Origin: Auanema rhodensis
Taxonomy: Eukaryota > Animalia > Nematoda
Assembly: GCA_964057225.1 (NCBI GenBank)
Contig: OZ059896.1
Span: 16,802,001-16,866,000 of the forward strand
Length of the DNA stretch: 64,000 nt
Direction of reading: 5' to 3'
Shown: piece by piece, positions 24,161-37,015 of the stretch
Layout of the letters: the number at the start of each line of letters is the position of its first letter
How positions within the stretch are numbered: position 1 is the first letter of the stretch
Made by a program: the position numbers and the translations under genes
Notes under the pieces: model-generated
Database searches by the model: none
Seen by the model: only the letters and a program-made list of their open reading frames with translations
What the model was told of the DNA's origin: nothing

Positions 24161-26698
24161 TCATGGCGAATTTTCCGTTACATTTTCAAAAGAAGTATGT
24201 GAACTATTTTTCGTACTTTCCGAGGTTAATTCTTCTGCAATAGCTTCAGAAATACATAATGAAAGTGGTGTTTGCATTAGAACTGTACACGAATCTAACA
24301 TTGGTAGAACCGTGTCTGTTTTTATTTTTTCTGAATTGTTGCTTTCTGCCGCTATTGAACGTTCAGGAACTGAATATTGTTTGGCCACTGTTTCGTCTAC
24401 CAATTCAACTTTGGGAGGTTTCGCAAAAAAATTTTCAAATAGTTTAACACTATCATCATGTTCTCTTAGTTTTGGTGGAGTATCGTTTGATTCAACCGAT
24501 GAGAAAGTGCGAGTTTTCTTTCCAGATGCTTTCGATGCTACGTCAGATGCATGACGAGTTATTCTATTCTTTTCACTCCTGAATTGATACATTTTCATAG
24601 AAAAAAAAAATTTCAACCTTCTCGCTGCTATGATATCTCCTCCCCCAAAAGCTCCAAGGGTTGGTGCACGTGCTTGTCTTTGAGTTGGACTTTTAGGTTC
24701 TTCGCTAAGTCGCTTTTTCTTATGGAATATATGAGGAATCTGAAATAATACGAAACTGTCTAATCTTACACGACATATTCCTCACGACTGTTTTCTTTGG
24801 CTTGTGTTTAAAGAGCATATCTAGTGGAGCAAACATAGCTTTCATAGGCTTAGATAAGTTGCTTTCATCCTCAACGTGTGGAAATGAACACACAAGAAGT
24901 TGCAATGATGGGCCTAAGTCCTAAATGCATATACACATAGTTAATAGTTATAACTATTATAATACTTGAAATACATAATATCCTGTACCATGATGCTGTT
25001 GCCTATGTATTTTTTCCAAACTGTCTTCAATCCAATTGACACTTTTGAAAAAGGCATCATACAGTTGAGCATAAATACTTGTATTTACGACACTAACAAG
25101 TGCTAAACCAAAGAGAAACACACATGCTAATACAGGTGAATACTTCAAGTAAGTTCATCAGAAACTGATAGGAAAACTGAAGTGAAACCTGGATATTGTA
25201 CGGCATTACATCACCGAGACCAATAGTTGTTAAGCTAATAAATGTGAAATAGAAAGCGTCCCAAGCTCCAATTCCTGATAAATGAAAAGTTTATGAGATT
25301 ATTACTGTTTTTTTATACCAGGCAGCTGTCCTTCATCATGATCAAATAAGTGTACAAAAAATGTAGTTAAAAACAGATAAACTCCGACTAATGGTACAGC
25401 TAACCAGATAGGCAAAAACAATGCTTCTTTTTCTTCGCTGCTCAGTTCTGGTTTTTCTTGGAAATGTCTATGAATGTTTTCATGCGTTTACTAGTAAAAG
25501 AAGAAGTTTCTTACCGTATTTTACACAAACAAAACACATATGCTTGCGTTAGAATCTTTTGAAACCAATCTCCAAGATCACCTAGAACTACGAGCATTAA
25601 AGGAAGCCCAATGGCGGCATAGATGATTGTTACGATGCGTCCAGCATGAGTGTCACACGCCAAAGTCCCTAAAGTTCAGGAATCGAGAAATCAAAATAAA
25701 AATTTTTAGTACCGTATCCGATAGTTGAAAATAAAGTTATACTGTAAAACGCTGAACTTGAGAAGGACCAAGTTCTTCGCATGTCAATATTTTCAGCTTT
25801 ATGCCAAGTGCTTCCATGAAATTTTCCTTCGGCTTGCAAAAGACTTCTGTAGTATATCTAAAAATATAAATATACTGATAACAATTTTTCTTAATCCATT
25901 TTTAGAATTTTCGTGCAGTACCTTAAATAATTTTGAAAGAGCTGCATCTCTCTGTGTGCCATTAAGAGACATAGTTAGGTTGATGGCTTTCTGTACATCT
26001 TCGTCCGTAATGCTATTCATTAGGTTTATTGTAGTTTCTAACTCCTGCAATCAGAGATTGAAATTTTCACCTAAGAGAGATAACGGCTACAAGCCATTAA
26101 ACATAATGTATTTTTCTAAAAATATATTCAATCTACTGTATAGATAACTGTAAGAACACTTACTCTGATTTCATTCGGTTGTTCAATAGCTAAAAATATT
26201 GAAGCTCCAAGTATAACATATAAGAAAAGCATAGTTACTAACATCAAATGTCGAATACCGAATTTGTGATGGTAATATGCAATCCAGGAAAACCACTGAG
26301 TAATGCCTCAAAAATTATGAATAAATCTTTATTGCGATTAATCAAGATGTCTTACGTTCACGACGAATTTGCTTTCTTCTATTTTCATATTTAACTTTAT
26401 CCAGTTCAAAATGAAAACTAAATGGATTAATATTAGACAAGCCATCCTGTCTACGATCAATTTTCAAAACAATACAATTATTTCTTTCCTAAAAATCAAG
26501 ATATATCGTATATGAAAAAGCTTCACTCATCAAACCTTGACGTGATTCTCAACAATGCGTCTCCTAAGTTGGAGTTCATTCTCAAGAGCTAAAACAGGAA
26601 GGCATCAAAAATGTGAATGATATAAAAGGGATAAACACTTGATGGTTAGGTAAGAGGTTTAGTGAAGAAAGCAAAGATGAAAACAAACCTTCCTCCAT
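24161..26698 (-). CDS. TWK-family two-pore-domain potassium channel (proximal-terminal-exon isoform; alternative last exons extend to 22892)
   Basis: ATG at 26698 (MEE|ALENEL..). M1 ..LFLYVILGASIFLAIE.., P1 ..FYSITLFSTIGYG.., P2 ..FYFTFISLTTIGLGDV.., M4 ..CVFLFGLALVSVVN.. Confidence 0.9.
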
Positions 26699-27049
26699 GA
26701 AAAATGACTAAGAATAATTACTATGCTTCTATCTGGGTACGAATTCATTTTTAGTTATCTTAGCTATAATCCTTAAAATGACATTTTGTAAAGATAATAA
26801 ATATAGTGCTAAAATCATTCATAAAAGGCGGCGGCATTTCACAACCAAAGCCATAAATTCTGATTTCCATTTAGTTTGTACTCGGAACGAACCCAGAATA
26901 AGAAAAAAAACGTCATTAAATGTAAAACCGTTTATAATCTAATTTCATTTGAATAACAAAGTAAATAATTTAAATAATATTTTTAAAAATTATCTCCGTC
27001 AATAAACCGTAAGTTCTAAAACAATACACTCCTATATATAAAAATTCAT

Positions 27050-28182
27050 TTATTTTGTCTTCTTCTTCATCTTTTGTGGGGCTTTGTAGAGCAAGTTCTT
27101 ATGAACTTCAGCTCCTAAGAACCATCCAAGTACAGGGCACACCTAGATTTTTATTTAGAATTATTAGACTCTGATGATCCCGCTTACCCAATACACAGCG
27201 ATGAATGTACTCTGATCCAAACCATGACATCCGAAAAGTCGAGATGATGCAATTACAGGATTGAGACCAGGCACACCAATGAAAACAATTGCTGAAAATA
27301 CAGAATTCAACATAAAGCACGGAAGTTATTATTACCGGTAATGATAGCGGAGGCTATAAGTGCAGGAACACCGATTGGCTTCAAGTTTTGAGGAATTTGT
27401 GGGGCAATAATACGAATAAGAGCACATCCAATTATTTCGAAGGCAATTACCATTGGGAAATCAACCTGTAATGAGTTTTTTAAAATTGGACATTTAGAAA
27501 ATTTTTGGTACCTTGTATTGTAAACTACAGCTTGAAATGCTATCAAATGCAGCACTATGAACCTGAACATATCCAGAAGAGTAATACCACAGAGAAATGG
27601 CTAGACGAGCAGCACAAATAGCACCAAGTGCTTGAGCTGACAGCAATATAGCAAGTCGTTTAAATCTGAAAAAAATAACACATAAAAGAAAGAAATAGAT
27701 TATTTCTCACCCAATAACCTTATTGAAAGCCATTTCAAGTGGTGCAAGTGGAGACACAGAAGCACCACGATTCACTTTACCAAAACAGAACAAAACCATA
27801 GTGATTGTGGCAAATACTGGAGAAAGTCCATAGATTTGCCCGATTATTCCTAAATATTTAAAAGTTTTTCAATCAAAACACAATAAATAAAACATATAAT
27901 GAAGTCTATTGAATCTATAAATTGAGATAAACTTACCATTTTCATATACACAAGTACAAGCTTGCATAGTACCAATAAACTCGAGAAGGAAGACTTGCCA
28001 TGAACTGTTTGTCTTGAAATACTTATCAACAACCTTAAAAACGAAAAGAAAATAGGAAGTGAATATAAATATTGCTAAAATAAACTTACCTTTCTCGCAA
28101 TTTCAGCTAAAATGAAAACAAGTGCATAATAGGAAAGTGCGCAAATGGCAGGAACCCAAAATTCAAGGTCCGAATAGGCCAT
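27050..28182 (-). CDS. aqp-10: Unorthodox (super)aquaporin, aqp-10/aqp-11-like
   Basis: Spliced: MAYSDLEFWVPAICALSYYALVFILAEIARK..EFIGTMQACTCVYENG..GVPGLNPVIASSRLFGC..VYWVCPVLGWFLGA..KMKKKTK*; has the NPx-x8-C superaquaporin signature. TTCCAG trans-splice-like acceptor 5 nt before ATG. Assignment to aqp-10 rather than aqp-11 is tentative. Confidence 0.85.
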
Positions 28183-30117
28183 AATAGCTGGAAAGAATTA
28201 TTTTAAAACATCTTTTGTAGATACAATATGTTTTAGTTAAGTAAAAGAACTGAATTAGAACATGAGCGTGGTCAAGGCAAGTCATTGAACACGCGTCAAA
28301 ACTGAAATTGCTTAACTATTGTAATGTGGATCTCAATTGTAATAAACAAGTTTTAAAAAAATATATATAAAACATATTGAGAGATTACTTACATAATAAT
28401 TATTAAAAATTGAGGCTAACGAAATTAGATATAAACTAATATTTAGAAGATACTGCTTTTATGCCGAAATTAACAATTTTCCGCACACTATGAAACGTGT
28501 CCTTATTAATTTGATAAGAATCTGAAACAATCTATAGGCTATTCGTAATAACTCAATTTATCAGAGAGGAAAGATTACTAATTAGCTGTGAGATTCATAG
28601 AAATATAGGAAATAGTTCACGAAGGTAAGAAACCAGGGTCAGCATTGACAATATTTAATCGATAATCTCTTACGAACTCTAGATGTGAATGACATTGACC
28701 GTCTCATCAAGTCTATATTTCTTTAGTTTTTTCTCTTAACATCTCTAGAAGCGTATTATACACTTCGTTGATCGCAGCAACAGAAGCACAACAATATTAA
28801 TAACTTCAAGATATTTGTTCTTTCGCCCATAAATAATACATCACTACTTGATGTACTATCGCAATGAGCAACATATTTTTTAGCTGTATAAGATGAAAAT
28901 TTCCCTCATATCATATCATTATCATATCTTTCCGATATGACATTTCCCTTTACCTGTTGTCTAAAACGTAAAGATTAATTTATATTTTGTTCCATACACA
29001 TTGCTCTAGTATTCCAAATCACATATTTTGTCCTACATTTCCATTAGTTATTTTGTGTGTAGCATTTTCAGTCACACGTAAAACACAGTATAAACATAAA
29101 ATTTGAAAAAGGAAATATTTTATTCATCATTCCGAATTACAATATCAAAACATCAAACGATAATCAATCTTGTTTCCGAAAAATGACAAAACACATATTG
29201 TACATATTTAAATATAATATTGGGGGAAATATAATTTACAAAATATGATCAAAATTCGGAAAATCGAGCGAATCACAAAATAATTATTTTTAAAATTATC
29301 ATTTACATAAATGAATACATATTTTCAGCTAATTAATTTATAAGAAATTTATATTATCTGTGAAATATAACAAATTGGTAATAATTACTGCTCAACGAGC
29401 TTGTTAAAAAAATATATCTGTAGCAATGACATAGATTATAGGCACAGAAAATTGAAAAACAAGAATGCCGTGTATTTTTCTATGATACTTGTGGTCAATG
29501 CTGTTGAAAACTGGAGATTCAAAGAAAAAAATTCTATCGTAGCGAAAAAAAAAAGATTTTAATTTATAATCTTTGGTTCACATACATATATTAATAGAAG
29601 ACAGCAACACACTTGTGTATGAGAGTAAGTTTTCACTTGGCAATATGGGCTGAGGAGGGCGAGAGGATTATGGATTAAAGAGCTGTCGACGAGGTTGTCG
29701 CCGTCGTCGTGGTGAAAGGCAGCTGTGGTTCAAAAAACGCAAAAAGCTCATGAGCGTTGAAAGAATTAAATATATGAAAAATACTTTATTAAACCATCTA
29801 TATATCTAAGGAAGATGACCAATGGCATAAGATGAACGACTTAATGCTATTCTTTGACCATCTGTTCTTACATCACAACAAACTAGCTAGTAATTTGAAA
29901 ATGAAAATGTTGAACTATATCGCAAGCACTGAAAAAGCATTTAGATTGAATATAACGTTAATAGAGAAGACAGGTGTAAGCCAGATGACCTCGTCAGGTC
30001 ACCCTTTACCTTTATTGGATCACCGTACTTAAGAGATACATACGGCTACACAACTAAAAGGCTAGGTCGTCTTTGCATAGATAACCCTATCTAGACTAGG
30101 AGGGCAGTGACTTAACG

Positions 30118-30127
30118 TATATAAAAG
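30118..30127 (+). promoter_or_regulatory. Candidate TATA box upstream of the MYST gene
   Basis: TATATAAAAG about 30 nt before a CA-rich initiator-like stretch and about 360 nt before the ATG at 30486. Confidence 0.4.
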
Positions 30128-30485
30128 TACTACTCACACATACAACAGCACTTTCAACAACTACTCTCGATCTCTCTCTCTTTTTCTCTTTCTCTCTTCT
30201 TTCTGCTCCATCTCTCTTGCGCGGTAGTGCCTCAATGAAACCAAGAGCACAGTGAAACAGGCAAATGAAAAGAAGGACGACAGAGTGAGAGAGAGGGCCT
30301 ACCAACAGCAGACCTCATTTGGTCTATAGAGCCTTGGTCGGTTATTGGCCAGGGACCAATACACACGCACAGCCAGTCACCCTTCTGGCCTAGGTCCAAC
30401 CCCTCTTCTAGGCGCTGTGTGCTGGTCAGCTGCCCCCCCCCCTTCACCATCATAGACCCTCCACACTACTGCAGTCAGGCACGCT

Positions 30486-32899
30486 ATGCGACGCCGCCCG
30501 CGCATCAAGCAACGTAAAAAATCAGAAGAAAATCACAGTTTAAGTTACTTTGAGGTGAGAACTAATTATTTTATTATAATCAGCATATTCTGTTTGTTAT
30601 AGGAGCAATTACAAACTGCTTTATGTGATATTAGTGTGGAAGACGAAGTCACAAAGAGCCAGGGCTTTCTGTCATCTGACGCTGTTGCTGTATATAAAGA
30701 AGCAAGAGAAAAACTCCAGGTAACTTAAGCTTTTTGACTTAGTATTGTTATATGACTACTTATTTTATAGAAAAATGTAAAATGTTCCACAACGGGCCAA
30801 ATCAATTGGGTTGTTTTAGGACAGAAATATAGGGTTCAGGCGCTTTATCGGTTTGTTTATTGATTTTCATATGAGCAGCGTGGAACCACATCTTTATTCA
30901 GAAGTTTTTACCCTCTTCAAATAGCTCTATTAGAAGAAATTCATATATGTGATGGATGTTTTCAATATTTTATGTCGAGTTCCAGTTGTGAACGTCATAT
31001 GGTATGTTAAAGATTATTCTCTGCAATATCGCTGTTGGTCATCTAGTAACGTTCCCATACGAACGTTCGCCCTTTGTTCTGCTTCCTTTTGTCCAATTTA
31101 TTTTGAAATTGCTCATTATTTTGCATTTAGGCACGATGTTCTTTACGTTTTAAGCCTCCTGGTACGGAAGTTTATTATGATCGTTGTAATAATGTGAAGG
31201 TCTTCGAGGTTCGTGGTAGTCACGCTAAGGTTAGTATGCTATCGATCGATATCCTAATGAGTCCTTGTCTTATTTACTACAGGAATATTGCTGTAACTTA
31301 TCTTTGATGACTGTGGTATGGATCCGCGATAAGGTTGTATGTTTTGATGTTGAGGAATTTGTGTATTATGTTTTAACACGCGATGTTGAAGGAGTTTGTG
31401 AAGTTTTAGGCTATTTTTCAAAGGTAAATAATTAAATTATATTAGAGTTTTGCTAATTTTGGAAGTAATCCTATATTATATAACTATACGAATAGTTAGA
31501 GATATTCGAATTTCTTCTAATTATATCTATCTTCTTTAATATTTCATTGATATCTGTTTTGTTTTAGTTTCGTAAGTCTCGTGAAGAGAATTTATCCTGT
31601 TTTTGTGTATTTCCTTGTTTTCAACGAATGGGTCTAGGTCGATTTCTGATTGATTTTAGTATGTTTATTTGCTTTTGAAATCTTAAATTAGAGTCTTTTT
31701 TTCAATTACAGGTTATCTCTTAACTAGAATGATGAGAAGGACAGGTGGACCAGAAAAACCGCTCTCACCTCTAGGTCGTATGGCTTACAAAGCTTATTGG
31801 TTTGAAACAATAACTGTTGTAGCATACGCATGTCTCAAAGACGGAAAAATTTTAACTCCATATGGTAATTTTAGTTTTTTTTTGTATTATAAACATTCTA
31901 TCGCTTATAGATGTTGCAAAAGATACGGGAATCAGTGTACAAGATGTTGTGGATACATTACAAGATGTATTTTTGTATGATCATAATCCTATGTGAGTTT
32001 TCCATTTATTCATACTTCCAATATTCTTTATCTTTTGTTTTCTATTATTATTGACATCATTTTTCTATCTTTTTTTGTCTTGAATAATCTTAATTATATG
32101 ATTAGAAACATGATAGCATTTTGTTCGACTAGAACATTTTGATTAGCATGAAGCCTTTATTGTAGTTTAAATATCAATTGAAATTACAAGAAACTTTTTC
32201 CTAATTTTATCTATTTCTCTTTCTCTCTCTCTTTTGAAAAATTCTAAACTTTTATCCTGTCAAGGCAGGCGTAGTCATAATCCATATGACGAAGAAAGAT
32301 TAAAATCAACACAAATAGCTTATTTCACTTAAAAGAATTCAAGATATGTCGGTAATTCTGTATTCCTATATACATATATGTATGTAGAATATACATATGA
32401 AAAACCAAATATAAAACCTTATACCAAATTTTCAAATTTAAACCTATTTATGTTGGTGTCTTTGTCTCTTATCTCTCATTTATACAGCTCTTACAATATT
32501 TACTGTAAAGAGCTGTGAGAATAAGTTGTATAAAAAAGGAGAAATAATGAAAATTAATTTAAACTGCCAAATATCATAGAAACACAATTACTATTAATCA
32601 TCTGTTTCAGCTCAAATACCGCCTTGTGCCACGTATTTGATGGTAAAGAACTTGCGCGAACGGCGGCATCCATCACTCATTCCAGAAAATATTTTCGAGC
32701 CGAAGAACGATTCTTAAAAGGAGAATTCAAGGTGAGATCAAAGTTTTCTTGGATCAAAAATTGAATTTTAGAAAAAGGATAGGCAAAAAATGCTTCTTAA
32801 TACAATATTTTATACTTATATACATAGTGTTAAAATATTATATAATAATATATGAATATAATAATTTATTTTTAGTCTCGTCTTCTGTCATCATTTTAA
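30486..32899 (+). CDS. Divergent MYST-family (MOZ/SAS) histone acetyltransferase, catalytic domain only
   Basis: Eleven spliced exons give C2HC finger ICDGCFQYF..CERHM ARC..PPGTEVY, VFEVRG, LGYFSK, NLSC, acetyl-CoA motif FQRMGLGRFLIDFSY, GGPEKPLSPLGRMAYKAYW, and TGISVQDVVDTL; stop TAA at 32897-32899. Confidence 0.88.
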
Positions 32900-35800
32900 A
32901 ATGCGTAAACTGTGGTTGCGAATCTTGTCGTTGATGTTGTCATCTCATAATATATTTATTACGAAGTTTTTATTCAGAATGTACTATTTAAAGTAACCCA
33001 CTTGTTTTATTTTTCCCAAAATATATTATTTTAAACTCCTTCTCTTCGCTCCTCCTCTCTCGTTCTCTCTCTCTTTGTTTCCCTCTTTCCGGATATCTCC
33101 GGATTCCCACCTTCCAAAAATGTGATCATGTACATTTCTCCATTCTTTTCCAATATTCTCATTTGCTGTGTATATTTATTTCATATCAGATTGTGAACCT
33201 CGAAAAACGTCTATGAGACGGAATAATAATAATAATAATTAATGTTATAATAATATATTACAACTACTAATTGATTGCTCAACTTATAATTAAGCTATGG
33301 GTAATGTAAAAAAAACTTTAAAAAAAACTGGAAAGAAGAAAAATAAATTTTTTTTCAAATCTGGATGCATTTGTAAATGTTTTCGAATTAGTATTCATCA
33401 GCATGGCGGAACTGGATAATCTTTCTTCAAAGCTGTTTAAAACGCTGAAATATATGGAAGACGAGAAGATAATATTAAGTTCATTCAATGTTACTAGACT
33501 TGGCTAGGCTTGATCTATATTTAGATTATTTGAGATAAACCTAATATATGAAGCAAAATTAAATTGATATTTTTCTTTTTTTTTCATAATACCCAGTAAA
33601 GCTCCATTTTAAAACGTAAATCACATACTCATTCTCGAGCTTATCAAAGTTACACAATCACATCTTTCACCTACTCATTTTATTTTTTTCCCGTAGAAAC
33701 TTCCAAGCATGCTTTGACATTATTATGAAGCTGCAGAAAATTTATTTTGCATTCATACAATCACTTGGTATTGGCAATTAGGTTCATCTCATAATTTAAC
33801 ACAGATACACAGAAATCTATATATATATATATATATATATATGTACATATATGTATATAAATATAAATATATATATATGCAGCTCAAAACGAAATGATAC
33901 AACAAGTTCTAACAAAAAAAAAGCTGCCATAACCATAACGAAAGCTGTTACCACGCAAAAAAAAAATGAAGTAAAAGCATCAATTACAAGCTGCTTTCTG
34001 TCACAGTTCTTAATTATATCGTATATTTTACGTATATTTGTATTCTTAAAAAAATAAAATTTTTTCTTTCAACTGATATACTAAGTATGATATACATATT
34101 TCAGCATTACATTTTTCTTTGACATTTTGAACATATATGAATATATAGGTACATATGCCTATGTATATATACATAGATTCTGTTTTCCGACATCTCATGT
34201 TAAATGGAAATTGGAAAAAATTATAAATACATTCTTACATGACTGATTGACGGACTGACTGATCGTTTAGCACAAATCTTCTATTCCAGTCTAGTGCATA
34301 TAGTGTGGGGGTATGATCTCTGCTGTTCTTGCTTTTGTCATTTCTATAAACTTTTAGCTTTTTTTGTCAACTGAAAAATCCGTTCAGCTTTTTCTAAGCC
34401 TTTTCTTTTCCAATTACTTTCTAAGTCTAGTTCACATATATATACAGTCAAAGTATAAAATTAGAATTAGGAATAGTTTGCCAAATAGTATAGTTTGAAT
34501 GATCAGTTCCCAAGACAATGTTGATTAAAATTCGTTTCTATATTTCTATATTTTTCTATTGAATGCACTCCATTTTCTTGTATTTTTTTCTTGTCAGAAC
34601 GAACAATCAAACGGCATAACATTGATCACCAGCATTTCTTACCAGTTCAAAAATATTTGAACAATCTTTGAGAAAACTAGGGTTGTAACCAAAATGGAGC
34701 TGCACATATACGGCATTTTTCCATCTTTATATCTACCGTACTACAATTTTTTAAAATAATTATTACATTCATCATATTTAGCATTGAGTATGTTTACTGT
34801 AACCGCTCAACTTTAGCAGATTTTGTCTCTTTTTTTTTGTTGGCTGGAGAGCTTTGATCGAAAAACACCATTTGTTTTGCGAAGCAACAACATTTTTTTG
34901 TAGTTAATATATATTTTCATAATTTTCTTCTCTTTTTTTCAAAGTAACGTTTCATTTTACTAAATCTTAACTGTACCCGTATATCTAAATTATTGTTATG
35001 CTCCAGAGTGAAGAAAAATCCCTCCCACCTTTAGTTAACTCCTCCCCCTTGTCTTTTTGCTTTGCCACTCATTCTTAATGTTACAAGAGCTCATGCCAAC
35101 TATCCGATCTCTTTCTGCTAGATCACAATCCCTGTTCAAGCATCATATAATTTTTTTTCCCTGCGTTCTTCATCTTCTGAGCCATATTATCCCAATCCAA
35201 CTCTTAAACCTCAGATCAATGGCATCAGATAAATTATGAAATATAGTTCAGAATTTCAAACTTCGTATACGTGATAACCGTTGCGATCCAGAAAAAATGA
35301 AGCTTCTTTACAATTTTTCTTTATGCACAATCTCATATTTCCGAATATTTTAGACGACTAATAGATTATGATGGATCAAATGGTTGACATAGTCCAAGAC
35401 ATGATTCGCTTATTTATTCGGAGTAATAAGCTTTAAAAACTTTCTTCTCTAACAATATAGATGCACTTCGACTATATTGCTATACACTTTAGAATGAAAA
35501 ATAACTTTAAAAAGTTCGTCAACCTTTCTACAACTTTATACGCATAAATATCTTCATGCCATAACAATATATATATATATATATATACATATATATGTGA
35601 AGTGCTACGCATTCGTCCATAAAGAAGTAGCAAAAGATGAATCATGCAGTTCTACATAATCAAATTTATTTTCTTTTCTTTTGATTTAACAAAGAAAGTT
35701 TACTTTTGCTAAGTTTATAAGCCATCATAATATGTATATATGTATATGTATACATATTTAAGTAATAATACATTACTAAAATCCATAAAAAGATTGGTTT

Positions 35801-36394
35801 TTGCATTGATCTCACCAACTTTCAGATAACCAATGCAATCATCATTTTTCTATTGATATTAAAAAAATAAATTAAAACCGCCGTTGATCTATCATCATTT
35901 GCCAAAAAGATTTTCTCTTCTTAATATTTTGTTCAAAATTTTTTGATGAAGAAGAAATTACAAGATTTCGGAAGAAAGTCATCCTGATTTAGTGGTTTCG
36001 TTCGTCATAACTTACATCATATCAGATATTTATCGGATCGCCCCCTCGTCCAGACAGAAACGGACGGACGGACTCCTCCCCCCTTCCTCGTTTTGTAGAT
36101 TCTAAATGCCGAAACTCAATTGGGTTCTTGCCTTCTTCCTCTTCTCAGCTGGCGCTCGTTTTTTTTTTGTTTTCAGTATCCATATAGTGTTCCTGGAAAG
36201 TAGAGAAGTAGGTCTATTGTTCTATCAGAATTTGACCCATTCCTCCGGTTCTTGAGAAATCTATATGGGTATTTCGAGTGCAGCTAATTCTAGATAGTGC
36301 TTGACTTTTATTTCACGTCATATCTATATCTGTTCTTATATATTAGTCAGTAATATATTCTAAACAGTTTTTAAGTTCAGGTTCAACTACAACA

Positions 36395-37015
36395 ATGCGC
36401 TTTTTGACTGCTCTACTCGCTCTGTTAGCCACAATCCTTTCTGTGGCAGCATTTCCACAATTGCCTTTTGGCTTGAATGAACGTGGTGGACGCGGCGGTA
36501 TCAATAACCGAGAGTTTCTACGGTAAGCTCACACCTTGCAACTCATCTTCATTCGCGGGGATTTGCGTCAGCTAATTTGTGCATCCATGAAATAGCATAA
36601 ATTTCGTATTTGAATTAATTTTTCATTTCATCTCAATTGAAACATGTTTCCTGTTTTTAAGCCATTTTTCTATCTATGACAAAGCATCGACGAAAAGAAA
36701 AAAAACTGTTAAACATGACCCACGCATCGATCTCACACATTTTTTTTGCTTTGAGAATTCCTTGGATGAATAATTAGATTAACATGTTTCAGCTGAGATT
36801 TTCATAAAAAGATATTTCTGCATATTTAAAATACCATTTTACTAATATATTTCATCCATCTTTGAATTCACTGATCACAGTTGCAGAATTTTTTATATTT
36901 CTCGAAACTTTTGTTTTCTAATTTTAGAAGCTATAACATGCACAATGTGAATACTTTGGCTGCGTTGTCTCGATATGGAGATATGTTCGAGAAGAGATTC
37001 ATAGCTCGAGAATGA
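36395..37015 (+). CDS. Small secreted neuropeptide-like precursor (71 aa, 2 exons: 36395-36522 and 36928-37015)
   Basis: MRFLTALLALLATILSVAAFPQLPFGLNERGGRGGINNREFLR|SYNMHNVNTLAALSRYGDMFEKRFIARE*. Signal peptide, GTAAG donor and TTTTAG acceptor in matching phase, TTCAG trans-splice-like site just upstream, AATAAA near 37219. Confidence 0.75.

Noticed and set aside
29650-29724. Hammerhead ribozyme candidate (CTGAGGA..GAAA with an AGCTGTC/GGCAGCT stem)
   Set aside because: Stem II cannot close next to the core and there is no correctly placed NUH cleavage site; it may be just a GC-rich stem-loop or regulatory patch.
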